From Candidatus Cloacimonadales bacterium (GTDB lineage: Bacteria; Cloacimonadota; Cloacimonadia; Cloacimonadales; JAIOQZ01), in assembly GCA_963665815.1 (NCBI GenBank), contig OY762463.1, forward strand, positions 448,001 through 512,000: a stretch of 64,000 nucleotides of DNA, read 5' to 3'. Every line of letters begins with the position of its first letter. Position 1 is the stretch's first letter. The notes under the pieces are model-generated. The model was not told the origin of the DNA, did not search any database, and worked only from the letters and a program-made list of their open reading frames with translations. Below are positions 28,720 through 39,129 of the stretch, one piece after another. Both the position numbers and the translations under genes were made by a program.

Positions 28720-30052
28720 TCCTGATTTACCACTTCAGGACATTTTATTTGATGAATGTATTTATGCTGTTCAGGAGCACATAGAATGCTCAGAAAAGTA
28801 TGAAGAAGTAACAGAAATAATTGATGCTGAAGGAAATCTGCTTATTCCGGGCGGTATAGATCCGCATGTTCATTTCAATGATCCCGGATTTGAAACCAGG
28901 GAAGACTTTCTGACAGGAACAGCCTCTGCATGTGCCGGAGGTATAACAACAGTAATTGATATGCCTTGTACATCAATCCCACCGGTCACTGATGTAAAAT
29001 CATTGAAACACAAGATTGATAAAATAAAAGACAAAGCTTATGTTGATTTTGCCTTATGGGGTGGAATAAGAAATATCGGTGACAATTATTCCGGTGACAT
29101 TAGAGCATTGTGGAATGAAGGTATTGCAGGCTTCAAGATATATACTATCTCCGGAATGGAAACATTCAAAGCCTTACCTTATGAAAAAATATCGAGAGTA
29201 CTGAAAGAATATCCTGATGTTCTATTTGCGTTTCATGCAGAAGACGAGGATGTAATAAATGATGCTGTTTCATCGTTCAGTTCAGATGAACTCGCAGATT
29301 TTCATTCTTATGTGAAATGCAGACCGATAGAAGCAGAATTCACTGCTGTTTCGAAGATTCTTGAATTGATGAAACCGGAAAGCAGATGTCATTTTGTTCA
29401 TATCAGTTCCAGAAAGGCTGCTGAACTGCTAATCAACTCTAAGAAGGAGTATCATTATCTGAGTCTGGAAACATGTCCTCACTATCTTGAGTTTACCAGT
29501 GAAGATTATGGTGAGTTAAGAGGACGTCTTAAAACTGCTCCTCCGGTGAAGTATGAAAATGATCGCATATACTTAAGAACATGTTTGAAACATGCTGATA
29601 TTGATTTTATTGCATCTGATCATGCAGGTTGTATATATGAGACTGAGAAAAACTTCGATGATTTTTCAAAGATTTATAACGGAATTCCCGGGACGCAATT
29701 CATGATTCCTTATATTGTCTCTGAGTTCCTGTGCAAAGGAAAGATTACTGTAAAGACTTTCGTTGATTTAGTATCGGCTAATGCTGCAAAGAGATATGGA
29801 CTTTATCCGACTAAAGGATCAATTAAGGTAGGTTCTGATGCTGATTTTGCGCTAATCAGTTTAACAGAGAGCACTCAAATTAACGAGAAGGATTTGTTTT
29901 CAAAAGGTAAGTATTCACCATTTCATGGAAACGAATTTAAAGGGAGAATATTAAAAACAATATTGAGAGGACAAATAGTTTTCGATAATGGAAATTTACT
30001 GGACAGAAAACCAATAGGTAAAATGATTAGATGTTTTCATAATAACAGTTAA
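28691..30052 (+). CDS. allB: Allantoinase/dihydroorotase-family cyclic amidohydrolase (most like allantoinase)
   Basis: DPHVHFNDPG, AGGITTVIDMP, VDFALWGG, GFK, FHAED, HFVHIS, ETCPHYL, ASDH. Purine-catabolism context. Confidence 0.65.
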   Translation: MKLIKNALIDPDLPLQDILFDECIYAVQEHIECSEKYEEVTEIIDAEGNLLIPGGIDPHVHFNDPGFETREDFLTGTASACAGGITTVIDMPCTSIPPVTDVKSLKHKIDKIKDKAYVDFALWGGIRNIGDNYSGDIRALWNEGIAGFKIYTISGMETFKALPYEKISRVLKEYPDVLFAFHAEDEDVINDAVSSFSSDELADFHSYVKCRPIEAEFTAVSKILELMKPESRCHFVHISSRKAAELLINSKKEYHYLSLETCPHYLEFTSEDYGELRGRLKTAPPVKYENDRIYLRTCLKHADIDFIASDHAGCIYETEKNFDDFSKIYNGIPGTQFMIPYIVSEFLCKGKITVKTFVDLVSANAAKRYGLYPTKGSIKVGSDADFALISLTESTQINEKDLFSKGKYSPFHGNEFKGRILKTILRGQIVFDNGNLLDRKPIGKMIRCFHNNS

Positions 30053-30062
30053 GGGAGATATA

Positions 30063-31274
30063 ATGCAATTTGATTTGAATTCATTTCTTGCTTCAATTAC
30101 AATGGCTCTGGATTTCGTTGAGAATGAAGCACTTGATGTAACTCCGAATCACTCAAAAAGAGTAACCTATCTGGCTTTGAAGATGGGTAAGCAATTGAAT
30201 TTTACTGATAAAGAACTATATGAATTGTGTACACTTTCTTTAATGCATGATAATGGGCTTTCAGAAGATATACTTAACACGAAATATGCGAAAGAACTGA
30301 TTCCGGAATCTGAAAGATTATCATTTCTTTCAGAACATAGTGTCATCGGAGAAAAGAATATTAAGAATATTCTACAGTCTGATGAGCATCAGAATGTACT
30401 TAAATATCACCATGAGCAGTTTAATGGTAAAGGTTATTATGGGCTTGCAGGTAATGATATACCTATTTATTCTCAGATTATTGGTTTAGCAGATCATATT
30501 GATTCAAAATTTCATCTGGAAAATCCTGATATTGCTAATCAATTTAATGTTACTGATTATGTAAAAGCCAACAAAAATGTATTGTATTCAAACAATATTG
30601 TTAATCTGTTCTGTGAAGTAAGTAGAAATTCAAGTTTTTGGATGGATATGCAGAATCTTTTTATTGATCAGGCTTTAAATGAAATTCTCCCTGTAAATTA
30701 TAGTGAAATAACTTTTAAGAATGTATTCGAAAAATTAAATTTCTTTTCAATAATTATCGACTCAAAATCAAAATATACAAAGAATCATACTTCCGGATTA
30801 ATTAAAAAAATGGATACTGTTACAGATAACTTAAGGGTTAATGAGTCCACAAAGTATAAGCTGATGCTTGCGGCTAATCTTCATGATATTGGAAAACTTG
30901 CTATTCCTGCCAGTATTCTGGATGATACAAAGAGTCTTAATGAAGAGCAGCACAAATTAATTCAGTATCACACTTATCTGACCGGGGCAATGCTTGGAAA
31001 TCTGAAGGATTTCAGCGATGTCAGAACCTGGGCAGCTAATCATCATGAAAAATTGAATGGTAAGGGTTACCCTTATGGCAAGAAAGCAAAAGATCTTGAT
31101 TTTGAATCACGCTTAATGACTTGTCTTGATATATATCAAGCTTTAACTGAAGAGCGACCATACAGAAAATCTGCAGAACATTCACATGCAATCAAAATTA
31201 TGAATAATATGGCGTTGAATTATTACATTGATGGTGATATTGTAGATATTATTGAAAAGACGTTCAGGGACTAA
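30063..31274 (+). CDS. Tandem HD/HD-GYP domain phosphodiesterase
   Basis: Domain 1 MHDNG...HHEQFNGKGYYG; domain 2 LHDIGK...HHEKLNGKGYP...ALTEERPYR. Confidence 0.92.
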   Translation: MQFDLNSFLASITMALDFVENEALDVTPNHSKRVTYLALKMGKQLNFTDKELYELCTLSLMHDNGLSEDILNTKYAKELIPESERLSFLSEHSVIGEKNIKNILQSDEHQNVLKYHHEQFNGKGYYGLAGNDIPIYSQIIGLADHIDSKFHLENPDIANQFNVTDYVKANKNVLYSNNIVNLFCEVSRNSSFWMDMQNLFIDQALNEILPVNYSEITFKNVFEKLNFFSIIIDSKSKYTKNHTSGLIKKMDTVTDNLRVNESTKYKLMLAANLHDIGKLAIPASILDDTKSLNEEQHKLIQYHTYLTGAMLGNLKDFSDVRTWAANHHEKLNGKGYPYGKKAKDLDFESRLMTCLDIYQALTEERPYRKSAEHSHAIKIMNNMALNYYIDGDIVDIIEKTFRD

Positions 31275-32449
31275 TACTCAATAGATTTAATAATATCTTC
31301 GATATTAAATTCTTTCGAGATAAAATTAACTTCATCTCTCTTTAAGCTTGTATTGTATTCAGTAACAGCTTTCGCAGATCCTGAAGCAGAACCGAAATAC
31401 CAGCCAGAGCCAAACAGACATATTGCTCCACCAGTAATATAGTTTTCGTTGCTGAACAATTCATATGCTGAGAATATTATAAGACCATTTACAATAAAAC
31501 TGGCAATACCTGTACTTTTGCGTTCAGCATAAATATAGCCTGATCCGGGAATTACATATCCGGAGTATTTTGCTAACCCCGGGCTTTTCAGCTTCAAATT
31601 ACTGAGATTCTGAATTTGCTCAATAGTAATATCATACTTTTGCATGATAGTTCTATAATAGTCCTGATTATTCAGAATTTCAAAGTAATCGAAGTTTTTG
31701 AGATTAGCGAAGAAAAGAATTATCTTCATCTGCAGGTTGTTGTCTATATATTCCGAACCTGAAGATAGTAGTTTACCTATTGCCATTTCATAGTTCTCGT
31801 GGAAGTACAATTTAGCGGAAAGTAAAACAATAAGTTTCTGCATATATTCATCATCATCATGGAAAAGATCTTCAAAATGGATAGCATAAACATAGAATGA
31901 TCCGACATCAAGTCCCTGGAAACCTGTCTTCAAAAACTCGAGAGAAATATGCTTACGCATCGAATCATTTTTACATTCATAAAAGCTTTGAATCCTTGTT
32001 AAAAGGGAAAAATCAATAAATCCTGCAGCAATAAGAGAATCTGCTATATTATATTTCAAAGGCAATTTTTTTTCATTTAAACTTGTTTCTAAATCCGGAA
32101 GCTTAAAGTTTTTGGGTAGATCAAGGTACCTGTATTCTCCATCTACAAAAACACTTCTCTTGTATTCAGTATCTCTTCCGCAAACCAGAATTCTATTCAT
32201 TGTTGAACTATATGCTGAAACCGGATTTTCTGTCTCAAAGGCAATCTTTGCATACTGAGAACAGGTTGGATACATTCGGCAATTACCGCGGCCGTCAATA
32301 GGGGAGATGTACTTCTGATAGAAGTTCAGGAATAGTCCTTTCCCCGAACCATAGTGGAGATCGAGCTTATCATCAGAACAATAGACAGTGCTGAAAATAA
32401 AAAGAATAACAAATACAAAGAAATGGTTTTTGGAGTATCTTGTTCTCAT
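31271..32449 (-). CDS. Exported YidD-domain protein with helical middle region and C-terminal TM2/DUF5683-like membrane segment
   Basis: Signal-like N-terminus; YidD signature FYQKYISP...CRMYPTCSQY...RILVC; C-terminal KSPGLA...IPGSGYIY followed by two Gly-rich hydrophobic helices. Confidence 0.8.
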   Translation of the reverse strand: MRTRYSKNHFFVFVILFIFSTVYCSDDKLDLHYGSGKGLFLNFYQKYISPIDGRGNCRMYPTCSQYAKIAFETENPVSAYSSTMNRILVCGRDTEYKRSVFVDGEYRYLDLPKNFKLPDLETSLNEKKLPLKYNIADSLIAAGFIDFSLLTRIQSFYECKNDSMRKHISLEFLKTGFQGLDVGSFYVYAIHFEDLFHDDDEYMQKLIVLLSAKLYFHENYEMAIGKLLSSGSEYIDNNLQMKIILFFANLKNFDYFEILNNQDYYRTIMQKYDITIEQIQNLSNLKLKSPGLAKYSGYVIPGSGYIYAERKSTGIASFIVNGLIIFSAYELFSNENYITGGAICLFGSGWYFGSASGSAKAVTEYNTSLKRDEVNFISKEFNIEDIIKSIEY

Positions 32450-32451
32450 GG

Positions 32452-33249
32452 TTACCTTATTGACAGGAAATCATCCAGAACTTTTATCACTTGCTTTGCA
32501 TTCTTTTCGATAGTTAATTTATCACGTAAGATAAGAGTAGATATCTTAAAGAAGAAACTGTGATTATATGCCCCGGAATCGAAAACCAGCGTACCTTCGG
32601 ATAAATCCCATATTTGAAATTCAATAGTAGAAGTGTATCCAAAATATTGTGAGACTGTTGGTACTGACTCATTCCTGAAATCTCTTTCAGTGAAATGCAG
32701 ATATGGATTGATAAATATAATCGCATAGTCAGCATTGTATTCATTTAGATATGGTTGAAGTTTACACTTCATGTCATGATTTACTTTCTTCTGAAAATAT
32801 TCTTTCTTTTTTTCATCACGATTGCGAGGATCAAAAATCCTGACATGACTGGATTCATATGCAATATGCTTCATAGTAAAAATTGAGGATTCTTCTTCAA
32901 ATAGTAAGGAATCATTACTGGAAATGAATTTGAAATTTGTATCTGGCATTATTTCTCGTGCATTCTTCTGAATTTCAGAGTTCCATAATTGCTCAATTCT
33001 GATTTTGTCTTTAGCGGAATAAGTGTAGAATATTGAATTAGGTACGTTAAATGTAACATCATGTACAGGAAATACTATAAAGGTGCTACCTGAATCAATT
33101 TTACCCTTTTCCAGCTCCCTGTCAATATGTTGAGAATATCTTAGAGATGAGCAGCCTGATACAACAGTAGTAACGAGTATCATAAACACGGATAACATTA
33201 CATTCTTAATAATAAAATATATTCGGTTAATTCTTGATTGAGTCATCAA
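32452..33249 (-). CDS. Lipoprotein, paralogue P6 of the tandem family
   Basis: Lipobox VSGC; TFIVFP, ADYAIIFINP, EFQIWDLSEGTLVFDSG. Confidence 0.8.
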   Translation of the reverse strand: MMTQSRINRIYFIIKNVMLSVFMILVTTVVSGCSSLRYSQHIDRELEKGKIDSGSTFIVFPVHDVTFNVPNSIFYTYSAKDKIRIEQLWNSEIQKNAREIMPDTNFKFISSNDSLLFEEESSIFTMKHIAYESSHVRIFDPRNRDEKKKEYFQKKVNHDMKCKLQPYLNEYNADYAIIFINPYLHFTERDFRNESVPTVSQYFGYTSTIEFQIWDLSEGTLVFDSGAYNHSFFFKISTLILRDKLTIEKNAKQVIKVLDDFLSIR

Positions 33250-33472
33250 TTAATTCCTTCCTGTCAGTCTGTCTGGCTCAGGGCGTTTTCTCTCAATTAC
33301 TTTTTTAAAACTGCGGATATTTCCAATGCACTTTCAAATTTTTAGCAATACTCTCTTTCTGTGATCCCGCATTTGAATTTCAACTTTAGATGTATTATAT
33401 ATTTAATCAATCCTTTTTTCTGATAACCATATTGCATATTCCGGGAAAAAATCAAAAAACTGTCCTTACATT

Positions 33473-34225
33473 TTATTTCTCTATTATACGTTTTAGTAAG
33501 TCAACAACACCCTTTGAATTTTCCTCAAAGAGTTTTTTGCTTTCAGAGAATCCAACAATAGAATCGTCAATACCGGAACTTAAGGAACCTGAACTATAAA
33601 GCATTGTTCCTTTATGGCAATCCCATATCTGCACCTCAGTTCTAATATAAACTTTTTTCTCATATAATCCTGAACCATAAGACATACCTCTGGAATCAGT
33701 ATATGTTTTTTCAACTTCATAAGCTTTAATAAATGGATCAACAAATATTACCGCATAGTCAGCAGAGAACTTCTTTGAATAATCGGATAAGAGATTTTTC
33801 ATTTTTTCATTTTCTTCGGAATCATAAAATTGAGTTGGAAGAGGAGGATCATCAAGCCCGATAATTCGAGCCATACTTGATTCGGATGTTTCAAATATGA
33901 TTGCTTGCAAAGATGAATTTTCCTGAATAAACAGTTCCTCATCGGAAGCAGGGAAACTAAAATTCTGAGATGGAAACCCATTTTTTATTTCTTCAACAAT
34001 ACTCTTATTCCATACATATTTGTATTGTTTTTTTAATTCTCCGAAAGTGGTTGTGACCATTACAGCTTTGTAATCTAACTCAAAATCATCAATCGGAAAA
34101 ACAATAAATTTCTTTCCTTTTACGATTTTATCTTTCTTCAATGAATTTTCAATGTTAATCGAATATTCTGTATATGTACATGCCATTAAGATAAAAACAA
34201 TAATCATCATTAAAAAGTTTTTCAT
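33473..34225 (-). CDS. Lipoprotein, paralogue P5
   Basis: Lipobox LMAC; KFIVFP, ADYAVIFVDP, EVQIWDCHKGTMLYSSG. Confidence 0.82.
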   Translation of the reverse strand: MKNFLMMIIVFILMACTYTEYSINIENSLKKDKIVKGKKFIVFPIDDFELDYKAVMVTTTFGELKKQYKYVWNKSIVEEIKNGFPSQNFSFPASDEELFIQENSSLQAIIFETSESSMARIIGLDDPPLPTQFYDSEENEKMKNLLSDYSKKFSADYAVIFVDPFIKAYEVEKTYTDSRGMSYGSGLYEKKVYIRTEVQIWDCHKGTMLYSSGSLSSGIDDSIVGFSESKKLFEENSKGVVDLLKRIIEK

Positions 34226-34241
34226 ACTTCATCCTATTTTG

Positions 34242-34272
34242 AAAAAAAAGTAAGCCGAACAAACGGCTTACT
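34242..34272 (-). terminator. Intrinsic terminator inside the paralogue cluster (between P4 and P5)
   Basis: Perfect 9-bp stem AGTAAGCCG/CGGCTTACT with a 6-nt loop; T8 on the minus strand. Confidence 0.8.
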
Positions 34273-34287
34273 ATTAATATTTATTTT

Positions 34288-35076
34288 TTAATAATTATTT
34301 ACATTGACTGCACCCGAAACAACTTCTGCAAGTCTTTCGGTCAGTTTTTTTGAATTATTTTTCATGGATACTTCTTCAGGGGTTACAAGCATGCAGCCTC
34401 CATCAGAATTTTTAACATAAGCTCCGGAATTGAATAATAATATTCCGCTATTGCAATCCCACACCTGAATTTCAACATTAGCAGTATATATTGTCTGGCT
34501 GGAAGAGCTTGTTGACATTCCACCTGATGAAACATTGTAACTTGTTGTTGTACTTGTGTGAATACTTCCGGAAAGAGAGGGTTCAACAAAGATTACCGCA
34601 TAATCTGCCGGATATTTAGTGAGATATGGTTTGAGCTTTTCTTTTATTACTTTGTTAGGTTCACTTTGAATGTACTCAATAGGATTTTCTTCACCATTAT
34701 ATAAGTTTATTATCTTTACGTAACTTGACTCAAAAGCTTCAGCTTTGAGTGCAAAGAAAGTTGATTTTTCTTCTCTGTATAACTGACTATCATCTTTCAT
34801 GAAATTGAATTGTTGATTTGGAAAATTCTCTTTAAGGAACATGGCAATTTTATCGTTCCAAAAATCTTCTACAGTATCTTTTGTATGCTTACTTGTAGGT
34901 GATCCACAACTTGTTGGTGGTTGAAAATTTGGGTTATCAAGAGGGAAGACAATAAATGTTTTGCTGTCCTCGATCTTTGTGCCTCTGAGTGAAACATCTG
35001 CGTGCTTTGTGTAGTCCATGACTGCACATGAAATTAAAAGTATTGGTAATACCAGCATTACTAATTTTTTAATCAA
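34288..35076 (-). CDS. Lipoprotein, paralogue P4
   Basis: Lipobox LISC; TFIVFP, ADYAVIFVEP, EIQVWDCNSGILLFNSG. TTG 35076 follows GGAGG; the alternative start is ATG 35091. Confidence 0.82.
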   Translation of the reverse strand: MIKKLVMLVLPILLISCAVMDYTKHADVSLRGTKIEDSKTFIVFPLDNPNFQPPTSCGSPTSKHTKDTVEDFWNDKIAMFLKENFPNQQFNFMKDDSQLYREEKSTFFALKAEAFESSYVKIINLYNGEENPIEYIQSEPNKVIKEKLKPYLTKYPADYAVIFVEPSLSGSIHTSTTTSYNVSSGGMSTSSSSQTIYTANVEIQVWDCNSGILLFNSGAYVKNSDGGCMLVTPEEVSMKNNSKKLTERLAEVVSGAVNVNNY

Positions 35077-35138
35077 TTTAAGTTCCTCCATTTTATATTT
35101 AAGTGTCTTTATTTTTTTATTTCTGATTTCTCTTTTTT

Positions 35139-35909
35139 TTAATTACTGAAAAATCCACCGGAACTACTTTTGATCTGTGATCTGATTACATTCTTAAGGC
35201 TTTTTACTGCATTCTCAATAGTCTTCCCCTTTTTCTTGAACGCATCGTATTGGCTTGCAATCTTTGTATCTGTAATATGCTTTGCGTCAAAAAGCATTTT
35301 TCCGGTTTTACCATCGAATACGAATACTTCAATAACCGGATGTTGAATGTAAATTGTTTTAGTAGTAGTATAAGGAACAAAAGTGCCAAATACCTGTGTG
35401 CCAGTAACAAACGTTTTCTCGCAGGGAAATTCCACCGTGGAAGTCAGCCAGACAATTGCATAATCGAAGTCATATTTCTTCTTCAATTCATCAAATTGCT
35501 GTATTAATCTTTTATTCTCAGGAAAATCTCTGTACTTAAGGTTTCTTTTGAATTCTGTCTCAATGAGTTGTGATTCAGAACGACGTATTGCAGTTCTTCT
35601 GATTCTTCTGATTTCAGGTGAGTCATCGTAATCTGGTAAGAATTTCCAGTTTTCAGTGTTATATCTTTCTCTAAGCAAAGATATCAGGTCATCATTAAAA
35701 TCACATTTAGTTCCACCACTGAAAATACCATTTATGACAAAGCATCCGGTTTTTTTTATCTTAACAGGTTCTGCCGGTATTACGAGAATTTTCTGATCAT
35801 CTGTAATTCTTTTATACTCGACTGATTTGTCAGCCCAAATGGAGTATTTCTTTGCAATCAATGGTGTCAGCATAAAAAAAGCTATTAAGATAATTGAAAA
35901 TTTTTTCAC
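35139..35909 (-). CDS. Secreted protein, paralogue P3
   Basis: GTG start with AAGGAG; SpI-type signal; KILVIP, FDYAIV, EVFVFDGKTGKMLF; tail GGFFSN. Confidence 0.8.
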   Translation of the reverse strand: MKKFSIILIAFFMLTPLIAKKYSIWADKSVEYKRITDDQKILVIPAEPVKIKKTGCFVINGIFSGGTKCDFNDDLISLLRERYNTENWKFLPDYDDSPEIRRIRRTAIRRSESQLIETEFKRNLKYRDFPENKRLIQQFDELKKKYDFDYAIVWLTSTVEFPCEKTFVTGTQVFGTFVPYTTTKTIYIQHPVIEVFVFDGKTGKMLFDAKHITDTKIASQYDAFKKKGKTIENAVKSLKNVIRSQIKSSSGGFFSN

Positions 35910-35977
35910 AAAGTCTCCTTTAATTTTACATTTTGCTTCTAAATAATGCTTAGCACTGCATAAGTAATTAATTTTTT

Positions 35978-36790
35978 TTACTCTCCAAAAAATCCACCCT
36001 TCTGAGGTTCTATTTTCTTTTTAACAAGTTTTCTGATTTTTTTCACAGCATCTTCTGCAATTTCATTTCTGTGTTTATAAGTTTTTTTCTCTTTATTGCC
36101 ATCAATAAAATGCTTAGAGTTAAATATCAGTTTCCCCGTTGTGCATTCAAAAATGAATATCTGAACGACTGGAATCTCAATAGCTTTGTTGTAAGCTGTG
36201 TTGAAAGCCATTGCATTTGTATTGAAGAAAGCAATATTCTGATACTCAAAATTTCCTATTGATGTTTCAATATACATTGCATACTGGCAATTGTGTCTCT
36301 CATTTATTTTTTTAAAAATCGGTACAAGATCTTTTATAACGGGAAGGTTATCATATATTGGACTCTTAATATAGCTGTGCTTATCTGAAAGATGAGGAAT
36401 AGTAATTTCCTCAGACATTCTTTTCATTTTCTTTTTTGTGTTGAAATCAATGTCTTTATCGGAAATCCAGAACCAATTTTCAGTATTGTAAGTTTGTTTC
36501 AATTCTTCTTCAATCAGTTTGGGAAAATCAATTTCTGAGTACTTCAGTCCTACCAAACCAGCGAGGAAGCAAGTTGATTTAATTACACTTACGGATTCCG
36601 TCGGGATTATAAGTATCTTATCATTTTCATCAATGTACGAGTTTTCAAAAGATAAATCAATATGATAGCTGAAATCTCGCAGCTTTTCTGGATTCTCATT
36701 TCTGGGATAGTACTTGGAAACATAATTACTGTTGTCAATTGAAAAAGCATGTGATGAAATAATAAACATTAAAAAAAGAGCTTTTCTCAA
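35978..36790 (-). CDS. Secreted protein, paralogue P2
   Basis: SpI-type signal; KILIIP, CQYAMY, QIFIFECTTGKLIF; tail GGFFGE. TTG 36790 follows GGAGG; the alternative start is ATG 36802. Confidence 0.8.
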   Translation of the reverse strand: MRKALFLMFIISSHAFSIDNSNYVSKYYPRNENPEKLRDFSYHIDLSFENSYIDENDKILIIPTESVSVIKSTCFLAGLVGLKYSEIDFPKLIEEELKQTYNTENWFWISDKDIDFNTKKKMKRMSEEITIPHLSDKHSYIKSPIYDNLPVIKDLVPIFKKINERHNCQYAMYIETSIGNFEYQNIAFFNTNAMAFNTAYNKAIEIPVVQIFIFECTTGKLIFNSKHFIDGNKEKKTYKHRNEIAEDAVKKIRKLVKKKIEPQKGGFFGE

Positions 36791-36810
36791 AATCCCCTCC
36801 ATAACAATTT

Positions 36811-37593
36811 CTAATTGAACATCCCTGTAGCTTTTTTGGATTTACGTTTAATCTTCAGCATTTTCTGCATAAATTCAACCGATTCTTTTGAAAGCTGCCT
36901 CAGATAATCATCAATTGTATTAATATCTTTTCCCTGAGTCATGAATATTTTGCCACTGTATATCTGTTTTCCGTCAGTGCAATCCCATATTTGAGTCTCT
37001 ATTATTCCCGGACTGAAGAGAAATTCTTCTCCGCCAATTTTTCCTTTAATTCTTTCAACTGATGTAAGGTTAAGTACAACATAATCGCAATTAAAGAATT
37101 TTTTGAATTTCTTAATCTGCTTATACATTGCCTTATTGGGTTTCATGTTTCTATAGCTTAATCTTGGGGCCTTAATAAAAGCATCAATTTTCTTTGCATA
37201 AGAGTTTTCTTTAGCAATAGTTATTATCGTATTCATATTTGCGGCATCAGAAGTAAACAAGCTATGATTCTCATTGAAGGGTTGAAATTCAAAATCCGGG
37301 AAAATAAGCTGAAAATTACTATGCAAGTATTGATCGATTCTGTATTCTTCGGGTTGATTTCCACCTTTGAACATGCTCGCTAAATCTTCAAATAGATTGC
37401 CCTGAGTTTTTATATTAAAAGTTTCTGCAGGCAGAATTGCAAACTTAAGCCCTTTTTCAAATTTTTTGTACTCGAATTCCCTTGATCCGTAATTTCTGAA
37501 ATAGGAATATAGTGGATCAGGAGTTTGTGCGAATAATGGAATATATAGTAAAGATAACAACAATGTGGATACAATAATTTTAACTCTTCTCAT
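36811..37593 (-). CDS. Secreted protein, paralogue P1
   Basis: SpI-type signal (PLFA-Q); KFAILP, CDYVVL, ETQIWDCTDGKQIY; tail TGMFN. Confidence 0.8.
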   Translation of the reverse strand: MRRVKIIVSTLLLSLLYIPLFAQTPDPLYSYFRNYGSREFEYKKFEKGLKFAILPAETFNIKTQGNLFEDLASMFKGGNQPEEYRIDQYLHSNFQLIFPDFEFQPFNENHSLFTSDAANMNTIITIAKENSYAKKIDAFIKAPRLSYRNMKPNKAMYKQIKKFKKFFNCDYVVLNLTSVERIKGKIGGEEFLFSPGIIETQIWDCTDGKQIYSGKIFMTQGKDINTIDDYLRQLSKESVEFMQKMLKIKRKSKKATGMFN

Positions 37594-37692
37594 AATCTCC
37601 TCAATAAGCTTTTTGATACATCGGGCAGGAAGTGAATTATAAAAAACTCCTTTTACTATTTGTAGAAATTATACGAGTGAAAACTTGTCAAT

Positions 37693-37723
37693 AAAAAAAA
37701 GACTGCCCTGAAAGGACAGTCTT
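37693..37723 (-). terminator. Intrinsic terminator of gdhA
   Basis: Minus strand AAGACTGTCCT-TTC-AGGGCAGTCTT followed by a T tract. Confidence 0.85.
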
Positions 37724-37758
37724 CGGATACTAAAACTATTTATTAAGGCGTTTAAATA

Positions 37759-39129
<1,371 letters not shown>

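Noticed and set aside
23107-30052. Selenocysteine read-through in the Mo-hydroxylase operon
   Set aside because: All ORFs are full length. The TGA stops at 24432 and 28234 overlap the next ATG, which is ordinary translational coupling.
32452-37593. Paralogue array as a DGR target, shufflon or integron cassette array
   Set aside because: No near-identical DNA repeats, attC-like sites, reverse transcriptase or recombinase seen. Similarity is only at the protein-motif level, implying old duplications.
37668-37691. Minus-strand TTGACA and TATAAT upstream of P1
   Set aside because: The spacer is only 12 bp, so they do not form one canonical sigma70 promoter.
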